Source: Elusimicrobiota bacterium (GTDB taxonomy: Bacteria; Elusimicrobiota; Elusimicrobia; Elusimicrobiales; UBA9959). From it: a DNA stretch of 64,000 nucleotides. Of the stretch, positions 48,555 through 57,085 are shown piece by piece (position 1 is the first letter of the stretch; every line of letters starts with the position of its first letter). The stretch lies in NCBI GenBank assembly GCA_027340875.1, contig DAIENX010000007.1:32001-96000 (forward strand), in the 5' to 3' direction. Below the pieces are notes generated by a model. That model ran no database searches, was not told where the DNA came from, and worked only from the letters and a program-made list of their open reading frames with translations. The translations under genes were made by a program, and so were the position numbers.

Positions 48555-49055
48555 TCAGTTCCTCCCCTCCCTCTCCAGCGTCGGCTGGCCCGGCGCGCGG
48601 CCCGAGACCGCCTTTTTCAGCACGTAATATTTAGGCTTCTTGTGCCTGATGGTGTAATCCCCGCTTTTCCACTCGAAGAACATGTACTGCTCCCCGCCCA
48701 TCTCCACTATGGAATAGCGGGCCGCCGTATGGTCCCCGCCGAGGTGCATCACCACTCCCCTGGTCCAGCCGAACCACGGCACCGCCGTCTTCCCGTTCGG
48801 CAGGAAGGAAAGGCCCTCCAGGTACAGGTCCCCGCGGAATCTCCTTTTCCCCGGCATGAACTCCGCGGGTTCCCCGACGAAGTCCACGCTCACCCACTTC
48901 CCCAGCACCGCCGGGTCGTTCACGAAGGTCAGGTTGGAAAAGTCGTCCACGTACCTGCCGTTCATCTCCGTAGTGTTTATCTTTACCTCGCCGCCGCGGG
49001 CAGGCCCGCAGAACGCCGCCAGCATCACTATCGCCGCCAATATTCCGGTTTTCAT
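48555..49055 (-). CDS. Exported protein with one copy of a ~115-aa Trp-rich domain
   Basis: Signal peptide; F.NDP.V.GKW.SVDFV...WTRG...YMFFEWKSGDY...YYVLKK. Confidence 0.85.
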   Translation of the reverse strand: MKTGILAAIVMLAAFCGPARGGEVKINTTEMNGRYVDDFSNLTFVNDPAVLGKWVSVDFVGEPAEFMPGKRRFRGDLYLEGLSFLPNGKTAVPWFGWTRGVVMHLGGDHTAARYSIVEMGGEQYMFFEWKSGDYTIRHKKPKYYVLKKAVSGRAPGQPTLEREGRN

Positions 49056-49076
49056 AGCTCCTCCTTTTCCCTTCGG

Positions 49077-49110
49077 ACGTTATTACGCGGGCGGCCCCGT
49101 TTTCTTACAA
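49077..49110 (-). promoter_or_regulatory. Putative ECF sigma promoter, copy 1
   Basis: 30/34 identical to 51105-51138; minus strand TGTAAG-N16-CGTAAT. Confidence 0.75.
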
Positions 49111-49113
49111 AGA

Positions 49114-49140
49114 AAAAGCCCCGGGGAGACCGGGGCTTTC
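49114..49140 (-). terminator. Intrinsic terminator
   Basis: aaagccccgg/ccggggcttt hairpin. Confidence 0.7.
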
Positions 49141-49160
49141 GCTTCTGGCGGCTGAAGGCC

Positions 49161-50270
49161 TTATTTCTTCTTAAGGACGTAATAGAACGGCTTCGCCCCG
49201 CGGAATACGTAGTCGCCGCTCTTCCATTCGAAGAACATATATTTAGCTCCCTTTACATCTTTTATCGTGTAGTGACTGGCGGTGCGGTCGCCATGGTGCA
49301 TCACAACGCCCCTGGTCCAGGTCCACCACGGATTCCCTCCCTTGCCCCCAGGCAGGAACTTCAGGCCCTTCAGGTACAGTTCCCCGTTCCAGGCCCTGTT
49401 GTCCGGGTTGAAGTAGTCAGGCGTCTCCACGAAATCCACGCTCGTCCACTCTCCGACCACGTTCGGGTCGTCGCGGAAAGGGAGGTCCGTCCTGTCCATA
49501 CGCAGCGGGCCTTCGCGCTTGAGCACGTAGTACCAGGGCTTGCGGTGCCTTATGGTGTAGTCGCCGCTCTTCCATTCGAAGAACATGTATTCGACCCCTC
49601 CGATCTTCCTTATCTCGTACCCGCTGGCGGTACTATCGCCGTGATGCAGCACGGCGCCCCTGGTCCAGGTCAGCCAGCCGTTGGTGCTTTTGCCTCCGGG
49701 AAGGAAGACCAGCTCCCTGAGGAACAGGTCCCCCTTCCAGCTTCTGCCCCCCGGCGAGAACTTCTCCGGGGTCTCGACGAAGTCCACCGAGCTCCAGGCG
49801 CCCGGCACCGCGGGATCGTCGACGAAGGGCCGGTCGATATCGTCCTTTATGACGTCGCTGCCGTCTCCGGCGTAGGCGCCGCGTTCGAGCACGTAGTACC
49901 ACGGCGTCTTATGGAAGTACCTGTAGTCGCCGGTCTTCCATTCGAAGAACAGATACTCCTTCCCCCCCAGGCGGCGGATCTCGTACGTCGAGTCGAAACC
50001 CTCCCCTTTGTTGAGCACATGACCCTTGGTCCAGGTCCACCAGCCCTCGAACATGCCGCCGCCGTCATTGAAGGTCATGCCCTTAAGGAAAAGGTCCCCG
50101 CCCCAGCTCCTGGTTCCAGGAACGAACTTGTCCGGGCTCTCCACGAAATCCACGGAGCGCCACTTCCCCTTTACCGCCGGGTCGTCCGCGAAAGGCCGCG
50201 AGGTGTCGTCCCGGCCACAGCCGGCCAGCAGCGTCAGAGCGGCCATGAAAAATATCGCGTTCATCTTCAT
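49161..50270 (-). CDS. Lipoprotein with three tandem copies of the same Trp-rich domain
   Basis: Lipobox LLAGC; three PF.DDP.V.G.W.SVDFVE...FFEWK.GDY...YYVL repeats; GGAGG RBS. Confidence 0.88.
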   Translation of the reverse strand: MKMNAIFFMAALTLLAGCGRDDTSRPFADDPAVKGKWRSVDFVESPDKFVPGTRSWGGDLFLKGMTFNDGGGMFEGWWTWTKGHVLNKGEGFDSTYEIRRLGGKEYLFFEWKTGDYRYFHKTPWYYVLERGAYAGDGSDVIKDDIDRPFVDDPAVPGAWSSVDFVETPEKFSPGGRSWKGDLFLRELVFLPGGKSTNGWLTWTRGAVLHHGDSTASGYEIRKIGGVEYMFFEWKSGDYTIRHRKPWYYVLKREGPLRMDRTDLPFRDDPNVVGEWTSVDFVETPDYFNPDNRAWNGELYLKGLKFLPGGKGGNPWWTWTRGVVMHHGDRTASHYTIKDVKGAKYMFFEWKSGDYVFRGAKPFYYVLKKK

Positions 50271-50280
50271 AATTCCTCCG

Positions 50281-50595
50281 TCAGAACCTCTCGGCGGCCT
50301 GATAGTCCCCGAGGCCGCGTCTTCCGCACTGCGCGTAGCCGTCATCCGGCAGGCCGTAAGAATAGTCCGGCGCGGCGGCTTGCCGCGCGCTGCGCGGGGC
50401 GAAGAACAGCAGCAACGCGGCCGCGGCGAAGACCGGCAGCAGCCACGCCAGGACAGGCGTCCGCCTTTCGGACCGGCCGCGGGCCAGCAGCCTGGCCCGC
50501 AGCTCCTCCTTCAGGCCGCTGTCGGCGCTCAGGTCGGCCGCCCGCAGCTTCCGCTCAAGTCCGGCGAATTCGCCGCTATCGAGTTCCTCTTTCAT
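50281..50595 (-). CDS. Small single-TM protein, putative anti-sigma factor
   Basis: ATGA overlap with the ECF stop; one hydrophobic segment VLAWLLPVFAAAALLLFF. Confidence 0.7.
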   Translation of the reverse strand: MKEELDSGEFAGLERKLRAADLSADSGLKEELRARLLARGRSERRTPVLAWLLPVFAAAALLLFFAPRSARQAAAPDYSYGLPDDGYAQCGRRGLGDYQAAERF

Positions 50596-51086
50596 ATCTC
50601 CTCCGGCCCCAGCCGCGCCCGCAGCTTGCCCAGGGCCCTGAAAAGCGTCACGCCCACGTTGCTCTCGCTCAGGCCGGTCCGCTCGGCCATCTCGCGCCCG
50701 CTCATGTCCAGCGCGTAGCGCATGGCTATCAGCTCCCGCTCCGCTTCGGAAAGGACGGCCAGAGCGGCCAGCAGCCTGGCGTTCTTCTCGCCCGCCTCCG
50801 CGGCGCGCTCCACGGATTCGCCGGAGGGAATGACCTCCTCGAAGCCGCTGGTCGACAGAGCTCCGCGCACCTTGCCGCGGCGGTAATGGTCGTTGAGCGT
50901 GTTGCGCGCTATCGCGAACAGCCACGGCTCCACGGGTCTCGCCTGGTCGAAGTCGTCGAACCCGTCCAGCACCTTCTCGAACACGGCCGAGACTATATCG
51001 TCGGCCGCGTCGCGCGCCAGCACGCGGTAGCGGACATAGTTGTATATCCGCCGGAAGTACCTGTCGTAGAGTTCCTCGAAGACCAT
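50592..51086 (-). CDS. ECF sigma-70 family factor
   Basis: Region 2 WLFAIARN...D.YR; region 4 LSE.ERE...EMAE..G.SE..V...LFRA..KLR. Confidence 0.93.
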   Translation of the reverse strand: MVFEELYDRYFRRIYNYVRYRVLARDAADDIVSAVFEKVLDGFDDFDQARPVEPWLFAIARNTLNDHYRRGKVRGALSTSGFEEVIPSGESVERAAEAGEKNARLLAALAVLSEAERELIAMRYALDMSGREMAERTGLSESNVGVTLFRALGKLRARLGPEEI

Positions 51087-51104
51087 GCCAAGCGCCGCCT
51101 CCGC

Positions 51105-51138
51105 ACGTTATTACGCGGCGCCCCCCGTTTTCTTACAA
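51105..51138 (-). promoter_or_regulatory. Putative ECF sigma autoregulatory promoter, copy 2
   Basis: Near-identical to 49077-49110; just upstream of the ECF ATG. Confidence 0.75.
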
Positions 51139-51810
51139 GGCCGGACCGGGCCTGGCGGCCCGTTTGTGCCTGACGTATTCCACTATCGCCGGCAGTATCG
51201 AGATGAAGATGATGACCAGTATGACCGCGGTGAAGTTCTTCCTGACGGCCGGTATGTTGCCGAAAAAATACCCCGCGAAGGTCACTATCGTGACCCAGCT
51301 GAAACCGCCTATCACGTTGAACATAAGGAAGCGGGGATAGGTCATCGCCCCGACGCCGGCCACGAAAGGCGCGAACGTGCGCACTATCGGCACGTACTTG
51401 CAGAGGATGATGGCCTTCCCGCCGTACTTCTCGTAGAAGTTATGCGTCTTCTGAAGGTACTCCTTCCTGAAGATCCGCGAGTTCTCGTAGTGGAAGACCT
51501 TGGGGCCGATGTAGTTGCCGACCGCGTAGTTCACGTTGTCGCCGAGTATGGCCGCGAAGGCCAGCAGCGGCCAGATCTTCTGTATGTCCAGGTACTGCAG
51601 GGCGGCGAAAGTGCCCACCGCGAACAGCAGCGAGTCGCCGGGAAGGATAGGCGTGACGACAAGGCCGGTCTCGCAGAAGATTATCAGGAAAAGTATCAGG
51701 TAGGTCCAGGCGCCGTAGTCCTGTATCACCGCGCCGAGCGTCCTGTCCAGGTGGAGGAAAAGGTCGAACGCGTAGACCAGGAAGGAAAAAAGCTTGTCGA
51801 AGATCTCCAT
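51133..51810 (-). CDS. DedA family membrane protein
   Basis: FCETGL..PILPGDSLLF, GD..NY, P.VRTFAPFVAG. Confidence 0.95.
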   Translation of the reverse strand: MEIFDKLFSFLVYAFDLFLHLDRTLGAVIQDYGAWTYLILFLIIFCETGLVVTPILPGDSLLFAVGTFAALQYLDIQKIWPLLAFAAILGDNVNYAVGNYIGPKVFHYENSRIFRKEYLQKTHNFYEKYGGKAIILCKYVPIVRTFAPFVAGVGAMTYPRFLMFNVIGGFSWVTIVTFAGYFFGNIPAVRKNFTAVILVIIFISILPAIVEYVRHKRAARPGPAL

Positions 51811-51863
51811 TTATCCCCCGACCGAAAATAAAATTGCCGCCCAGGGGCGGCAACCTTTAAATC

Positions 51864-52016
51864 TGGTGGGTGGTACAGGTGAGGACCGCCTTCAGAGCGA
51901 AGCATAATTATGCTTCGCGTGCGGTCCGCAAGGCCGGAGCCGGTTTCCTGCGCAGCGAAACCGGCGAGGCGGGGTCGCGGAAAACCGCTATGCGGTTTAT
52001 CCGTGACTTGAACCTG
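51864..52016 (-). repeat. Duplicate of the tRNA-Val 3' end interrupted in the T-loop by a hairpin-rich insert
   Basis: 51864-51879 equals 52043-52058 (16 bp); 52008-52016 equals 52061-52069 (9 bp); 128 nt lie between them instead of 2. Confidence 0.75.
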
Positions 52017-52042
52017 CAACTCCCAGAAAGATCCAAAAACTT

Positions 52043-52117
52043 TGGTGGGTGGTACAGGATTTGAACCTGTGACATCTGTCGTGTGAGGACAGCGCTCTAC
52101 CGCTGAGCTAACCACCC
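52043..52117 (-). tRNA. tRNA-Val (anticodon CAC)
   Basis: GGGTGGTTAGCTCAGCGGTAGAGCG-CTGTC-CTCACAC-GACAG-ATGTC-ACAGGTTCAAATCCTGT-ACCACCCACCA cloverleaf with encoded CCA. Confidence 0.97.
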
Positions 52118-52168
52118 GCGCGATAAGAAATTCTAGCACATTTGGGCCCCGGGCATAAACCGGGCGGT

Positions 52169-53089
52169 TCAGGGAAAAAGGATGTTCACCGCGCGCGGCA
52201 GCGTCTCGAAGACCGCCGGCAGCATCCCCTCCGCCTCGCCGTCGATATTAAGCCAGACCGGCTCCTCCGAGTAAACCTCCAGCCGGCGCAGGCTCATGCG
52301 CGAGACCCCCGGAGAGCCGATATGCTTTCCTTTATATATGAGCGGGAACTTCCCGATCAACGCCGGCCGGCTCATATCCTCGACCAGTACCAGGTCCATA
52401 AGACCGTCATCGTCCTTGGCGCCGGGCGCCACCAGCATGCCGCCTCCCATGGATGAAGTGTTGGCCAGGACCCCGAAGTGGAAGCTGCCCTTTATCTCCC
52501 TGCCGTCGGCCCGCAGCGCTATCGCCCGGGCCCGGGCGCCCAGTATGGAAAGCAGCGAGGACACCGCGTAGGAAACGGTGCCGCCGAGCGGCTTTCCCAT
52601 TTCCTTTATATGGCGCGCTACGTCCCCGGCGAGACCGAACGCGGCGATATTGATGAAATGCCTCGTTCCCGGGGAGCCGTCCTCCCCGGTGAAATCCGCC
52701 CGCCCCGCATCTATCGGCCTGGAGCGGCCGCGCGCCAGCATGCCGAGCAGACCTTCGGCGTCGCGGGGACAGCCGAGGTGCCTGGCCAGGTCGCAGCCGG
52801 AGCCGGCGGGGAAAGCCCCTAGCGCCGTGCGCCGCCTCAGGCTTTCCGGCGACGCCATCATTCCCTCCAGCGCCTCGCGCAGCGTGCCGTCGCCGCCCAC
52901 CGCTATCACTTTCTCCGCGCCGGCCCGAACGGCTTCCTCGGCCAGCGCGGCCGCGTGGCCCGGCCGTTCCGTAACGGAGAAGCCGGAACCCGGCGCAAGC
53001 CGCAGCGCCCGCTCGCGCAGGCCTTCCCAGAAACGCAGGGCCCTGCCGTGGCCGGCCGCCGGGTTTATGATGAAGAAATTGGATGGCAT
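52169..53089 (-). CDS. Diacylglycerol/lipid kinase family protein
   Basis: INPAAG, VGGDGT, PAGSG.D.AR, GGGM..AP.A..DDG, IDGE. Confidence 0.93.
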   Translation of the reverse strand: MPSNFFIINPAAGHGRALRFWEGLRERALRLAPGSGFSVTERPGHAAALAEEAVRAGAEKVIAVGGDGTLREALEGMMASPESLRRRTALGAFPAGSGCDLARHLGCPRDAEGLLGMLARGRSRPIDAGRADFTGEDGSPGTRHFINIAAFGLAGDVARHIKEMGKPLGGTVSYAVSSLLSILGARARAIALRADGREIKGSFHFGVLANTSSMGGGMLVAPGAKDDDGLMDLVLVEDMSRPALIGKFPLIYKGKHIGSPGVSRMSLRRLEVYSEEPVWLNIDGEAEGMLPAVFETLPRAVNILFP

Positions 53090-53227
53090 CGTACGCTGTC
53101 GGCTCCGCCGCCGCTATCCGCCGCGACACGCTATGATAACAAAAAAGAGCGCCGGCGGCGCCGTAAAGCAGAGGCGGCGCCGAGGACCATCCGGTCCGGG
53201 CGCCGCCTTATTTCCGAAGCGAGCGAG

Positions 53228-53323
53228 TTACTTCTTCTTCGCTTTCTTCGCTTTCTTCACGGACTTCTTCGCCGTCTTTTTCTTGGCGACCTTCTTAGCA
53301 ACCTTCTTTTTCGCTTTAGGCAT
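53228..53323 (-). CDS. 31-aa Lys/Ala-rich histone-H1-like microprotein MPKAKKKVAKKVAKKKTAKKSVKKAKKAKKK
   Basis: AAGGAG RBS, ATG 53323, TAA 53228-53230, downstream GC hairpin; 18 of 31 residues are Lys. Confidence 0.8.
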   Translation of the reverse strand: MPKAKKKVAKKVAKKKTAKKSVKKAKKAKKK

Positions 53324-53454
53324 TTTATCTCCTTGCGCTCATCAGCGCGTGAATTGATTGTATATCATGAAATTTCAAAATGCAATAGGAAATTTTATTT
53401 TTTTGAAAATATTTTTCGCCGCGGAACCCGGAGAAGGTTTTATATAATTAAAAA

Positions 53455-53763
53455 ATGAACGAAACGCTGGACATCTGCGCGCTGGAGAAGCTGCCCGACG
53501 GCAGGCCGCAGGCCTTCTTTCCTCTCGGGCTGCCGGTGCTGCTGCTGCGCCGTGGAGCCGAGGTCTTCGCGCTGGAGAACCGCTGCGCGCACATGGGCTG
53601 CCCGCTCTCGTCGGGCAGGCTCGACGGGTACACGCTGCAGTGTCCCTGCCACGACTGGCGCTTCGACGTACGCGACGGCAGGTTCCTCGACGCGCCGGAG
53701 ATCTCGCTGCGCACCTACGCCGCGACGGTAAAGGACGGCAGAGTCCATCTGAGGTTGCCATGA
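53455..53763 (+). CDS. Rieske-type [2Fe-2S] ferredoxin
   Basis: CAH...CPCH, FDVRDG. Confidence 0.9.
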   Translation: MNETLDICALEKLPDGRPQAFFPLGLPVLLLRRGAEVFALENRCAHMGCPLSSGRLDGYTLQCPCHDWRFDVRDGRFLDAPEISLRTYAATVKDGRVHLRLP

Positions 53764-54011
53764 AAAAAGTCACCATCTACGCGCTCAGCACCTGCTTGTG
53801 GTGCAAGAAGACGAAGAAGTTCTTCGAGGAACGGAACGTGGCGTTCGACGCCGTGGATTACGACAAGCAGGACGAGCAGAAGCAGGCCGAGATGAAGAAG
53901 GAGATGAAGGATGCCGGCTGTTCTGCCTCTTTCCCGTTCGTCCGCATCGGCGGCTCCTGCATCCAGGGCTACGACCCCGACGAGTTCGAGAAGCTGCTAG
54001 GGGAAAAATGA
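53760..54011 (+). CDS. Glutaredoxin-like protein
   Basis: YALSTCLWCKKTK, SFP; ATGA overlap. Confidence 0.9.
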   Translation: MKKVTIYALSTCLWCKKTKKFFEERNVAFDAVDYDKQDEQKQAEMKKEMKDAGCSASFPFVRIGGSCIQGYDPDEFEKLLGEK

Positions 54012-54346
54012 GCGTCGAGACCCGCAAGGCGGCGCTCCGCTTCCTGTTCGCCCCTATCGTAGACAGGCTAGGCTACAAGTTCACGCCCAACGAGGAGGAC
54101 GCCGACTTCCTGCTCGAGCAGGAGGCCGCCCTCGAGGCCGAGACCGGCATTCCGTACTGCCCGTGCCAGGCCCGCGCGGGAGAGCGCTCCGAGGATATGC
54201 GCATGGTCTGTCCCTGCATCCCTTTCCACCGCTCCCATTACGACGCGATGCGGCGCTGCTGGTGCGGCCTGTTCGTACACAAGGACGTGACCGATCCGGA
54301 CAGGCTGAGGCAGATACCGGAGAGCAAGTTCAAGGCGGGGAACTGA
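54008..54346 (+). CDS. Ferredoxin:thioredoxin reductase catalytic subunit-like protein
   Basis: YCPC, VCPC and CWCGLF motifs; ATGA overlap. Confidence 0.88.
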   Translation: MSVETRKAALRFLFAPIVDRLGYKFTPNEEDADFLLEQEAALEAETGIPYCPCQARAGERSEDMRMVCPCIPFHRSHYDAMRRCWCGLFVHKDVTDPDRLRQIPESKFKAGN

Positions 54347-54349
54347 GCC

Positions 54350-54706
54350 ATGTACGCGAAGGCCATAGAGACGAAGGAACTGGCGCCGGGCGGGATGAAG
54401 GCCGTCGCGCTGCGCGGCGTCGAAGCCGTGATCTGCGAATACGCGGGCCGTTATTACGCCGTCTCCCGCGCCTGCGGGCACGCCGCCGCGCGGCTGGAGC
54501 GCGGCGCCCTGACCGGCTGGATACTCACCTGCCCGCTCCACTTCGCGCAGTTCGACGTGCGCACCGGAGAGGCGCTCAGCGGTCCCGCCCCCAAAGCGCC
54601 TGAAACGGCCCACCGCGATCCCCGCGACCCCTCGCTGTCCACCAGGGGACTGAAGACCTGGCCGGCCAAAGCCGAGGACGGCTGGATCTGGATAGATATT
54701 CCTTAA
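54350..54706 (+). CDS. Rieske-type [2Fe-2S] ferredoxin
   Basis: CGH...CPLH, FDVRTG. Confidence 0.9.
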   Translation: MYAKAIETKELAPGGMKAVALRGVEAVICEYAGRYYAVSRACGHAAARLERGALTGWILTCPLHFAQFDVRTGEALSGPAPKAPETAHRDPRDPSLSTRGLKTWPAKAEDGWIWIDIP

Positions 54707-54720
54707 CTAAGGCAGGCCCC

Positions 54721-54757
54721 AAAAAAAGGACGGCTCCCCTCGCGGGGAGCCGTCCTC
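54721..54757. terminator. Terminator between convergent genes
   Basis: ggacggctcccc/ggggagccgtcc hairpin with flanking A-run. Confidence 0.8.
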
Positions 54758-54773
54758 ATTTCCGGACCGGGGG

Positions 54774-55484
54774 TCAGCGCCGGACAGCGCGCTCAGGAAG
54801 CAAGACCGGCCTCGACATCTCTATCGGCTTCGAAACGAACAGCAGCGAGCCGTAATCTATGCGCAGTCCGTAAAGCACTCCGTTCACGGCCAGCAGCCAG
54901 CGCGGATAGTCCGCGATCTGGCCGTCCGGAGTGAGCGAGAAGTAATACAGGCCGTCGGACCCCACCCTGAGAGAGACCGTCCCCTCGTTCTCCGTCAGCG
55001 GCTCCAGGTTGCGGAAGACGGCGTAGGTCACGGCGTCACCGAACGTCACCTTCAGGGAATTGTTGTAGAGCTGGTCGAACAGGGCGGTCATAGTGGTCTC
55101 CACCCTGGCGCCCGCCCCCTCTATCGCCACCGCGTCCCCGGTCTTGGTTATCCTCAGTTCCAGGCCCTTGTACTTGTAGACGACGCCCGTCTCGAGAACG
55201 TCTTCTTTCCACGCGCCGGCCCCGAAGCCGGAAACCGGCTTTATCATGAGCCAGGCGTCCCAGGCGGCGTCGAAGACCACCGAAACCAGGAGCTTCTCCC
55301 CGCCTATCTCCAGCGGCAGCGAGGCCTTATCCCTGGCCGCCAGCAGTTCCAGCAGCGGCGTGGCGCTTATGACCGATATCTCGGAGCGCGCGGCCAGCAG
55401 GCCGGCCGCGGCGGCGCTCTCGGAACGGCCCCACTCGGCGGAAGCCGGTACCGCCGCCATCATCAGCATCAATAAGATCTTCAT
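54774..55484 (-). CDS. Exported hypothetical protein
   Basis: Signal peptide MKILLMLMMAAVPASA; GAGG RBS; no family recognised. Confidence 0.75.
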   Translation of the reverse strand: MKILLMLMMAAVPASAEWGRSESAAAAGLLAARSEISVISATPLLELLAARDKASLPLEIGGEKLLVSVVFDAAWDAWLMIKPVSGFGAGAWKEDVLETGVVYKYKGLELRITKTGDAVAIEGAGARVETTMTALFDQLYNNSLKVTFGDAVTYAVFRNLEPLTENEGTVSLRVGSDGLYYFSLTPDGQIADYPRWLLAVNGVLYGLRIDYGSLLFVSKPIEMSRPVLLPERAVRR

Positions 55485-55550
55485 AACCTCATTCTACAAT
55501 AATGCCAGCCTGAGCGGACATGCGCCGCGGCAGGCGAAAATCCCGCAGCG

Positions 55551-55675
55551 GCCGGCGAGGGCATGCCTTCGGAGGGGCCTCACGAGGCCCGAGCTTGCGA
55601 AGCGCGAGGGCCGAGCTGACAGAGCGGGGCCACGGTGTGGCCCCGCGTACCCGGAGAAGGCGTGCCCTTGTCGGC
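55551..55675. repeat. Dispersed palindromic repeat, copy 2, with 20-bp imperfect terminal inverted repeats (REP/MITE-like)
   Basis: 55551-55570 versus 55656-55675 (17/20 Watson-Crick, 3 G.T); internal hairpin 55624-55646. Confidence 0.8.
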
Positions 55676-55760
55676 CAATAATTCCCGGGCCTGCCCGCGC
55701 ATATCCGCAAAAAAAACCGCCCGGTTCTGAGGCCGGGCGGTTCGTCAAGAATAAGAAGGA

Positions 55761-55997
55761 TTACTTCTTCTTCTTGCCGGAATTCTTCATGATGGCGCGG
55801 GAGATGTTCCCCTTCTTATCGATGAAGTACAGGTAGCCCTTCTCTTTCTTCAGGCCGACCTTCACGGCGGTCTTCGCTTTGCCGCCCTTCTTTTTGCCGC
55901 GGGCCATCAGCGCGCAGGATATGTCGCCCTTCTTGTCGATGAAGTACAGGTAGCCCTTCTCGCGCTTCAGACCAACTTTCTGTATCATTTCAGCCAT
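55761..55997 (-). CDS. Small basic two-repeat protein resembling archaeal chromatin protein Cc1
   Basis: Two copies of KVGLK(R/K)EKGYLYFIDKKG(D/N)IS; GGAGG RBS; terminator at 55708-55742. Confidence 0.7.
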   Translation of the reverse strand: MAEMIQKVGLKREKGYLYFIDKKGDISCALMARGKKKGGKAKTAVKVGLKKEKGYLYFIDKKGNISRAIMKNSGKKKK

Positions 55998-56142
55998 TTT
56001 CACTTTCCTCCGTTGACTTCCCCCCCTGCTCTCGCCGGGGCGAATTTTCGCTCCCGTCGGGGGCGATAGGTAGATACTACATTATGCCGACGGAAAACGC
56101 AAGGGTTTTTTCCGGAAGGGCCGGACGGCCGCCCGTCGGGAG

Positions 56143-57084
56143 CTATTTCCCGGCTCCGGCAGGGGCCTCGGCCTCGGGCGCCGGCTCGGGGAGGAACTCG
56201 GAGAAGAAGGCCGAGACGCGGCCGCGGTACACCTCGCCGCCCACCTCGGCGCATTTGGCGTGCGACGCGCCGGCCATCTTCCACATCTGTTTTTTCTCCG
56301 ACGAGCAGAGCGCGAACAGCGCCTCCGCGTCCTCTATCGGCACCAGATCGTCGTTGTCGCCGTTGATGAACATCACGGGTATTTTCAGCGAGCCGACGTT
56401 GTAACGCGGGCTGTACGGCTCCGGGTCGGCCTTCAGCCTGCGGCGGACGAAGAAAAGGGTGAGGGCCACCAGCGGATAGTACGGCACCTTGAGCCTGCGC
56501 CAGCTCCAGTTCGCGACCACTTTCTGGTAGGACAGGAAGGTGTTCTCCGCCAGCAGGCAGGTTATCTCCGGGTACTTGGCCGCCGCATAGATAGATACCG
56601 CTCCGCCCATGGAGGTCCCGAAAAGCGCCACCTTTTCCGCGGCGTGCGGCCGGTGCGTCTTCAGGAATTCATAGGCGGCGTCGAAATCCCTCGTCTCGAG
56701 ATAGCCGACACTGGAGACCGTCCCCTTGCTCTCCCCCGAAGCGCGGAAATCGAAATAAAAAAGGTTGAAGCCCTTCTCGGCCAGGAACCACGTGTCGCGC
56801 AGCATCTCTCCGCGGTTGGAGCCCCAGCCGTGGCTGAAGATGATAGTGCGGCAGCTTTCGCCTCCGGGAGCCGGGATGAACCAGCCCTTCAGCCGCACCC
56901 TGTCGGCGGTCGAGAACTCAACGGTCTCGTAGGCCAGACGGTACTGGTCCGGGTTGTAGGCGAGCGCGCCGCCGCGCACCGGCATGAGTATCTCCGAGCT
57001 CTTGTGGTAGGAAAGGTACACCAGCACGGCGGCCATCACCGCCAGCGCGAACAGGAACCAGTTGACGAGTTCAGCTATGCTCAT
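56143..57084 (-). CDS. Alpha/beta hydrolase with N-terminal TM anchor
   Basis: HGWG, DFRASGES, GTSMGG, G..D.LVP, ASH. Confidence 0.9.
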   Translation of the reverse strand: MSIAELVNWFLFALAVMAAVLVYLSYHKSSEILMPVRGGALAYNPDQYRLAYETVEFSTADRVRLKGWFIPAPGGESCRTIIFSHGWGSNRGEMLRDTWFLAEKGFNLFYFDFRASGESKGTVSSVGYLETRDFDAAYEFLKTHRPHAAEKVALFGTSMGGAVSIYAAAKYPEITCLLAENTFLSYQKVVANWSWRRLKVPYYPLVALTLFFVRRRLKADPEPYSPRYNVGSLKIPVMFINGDNDDLVPIEDAEALFALCSSEKKQMWKMAGASHAKCAEVGGEVYRGRVSAFFSEFLPEPAPEAEAPAGAGK

Positions 57085-57085
57085 A

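Noticed and set aside
51864..52117. Intact prophage or genomic island at tRNA-Val
   Set aside because: The direct repeats are only 179 bp apart, and no integrase or phage genes are recognisable in the window.
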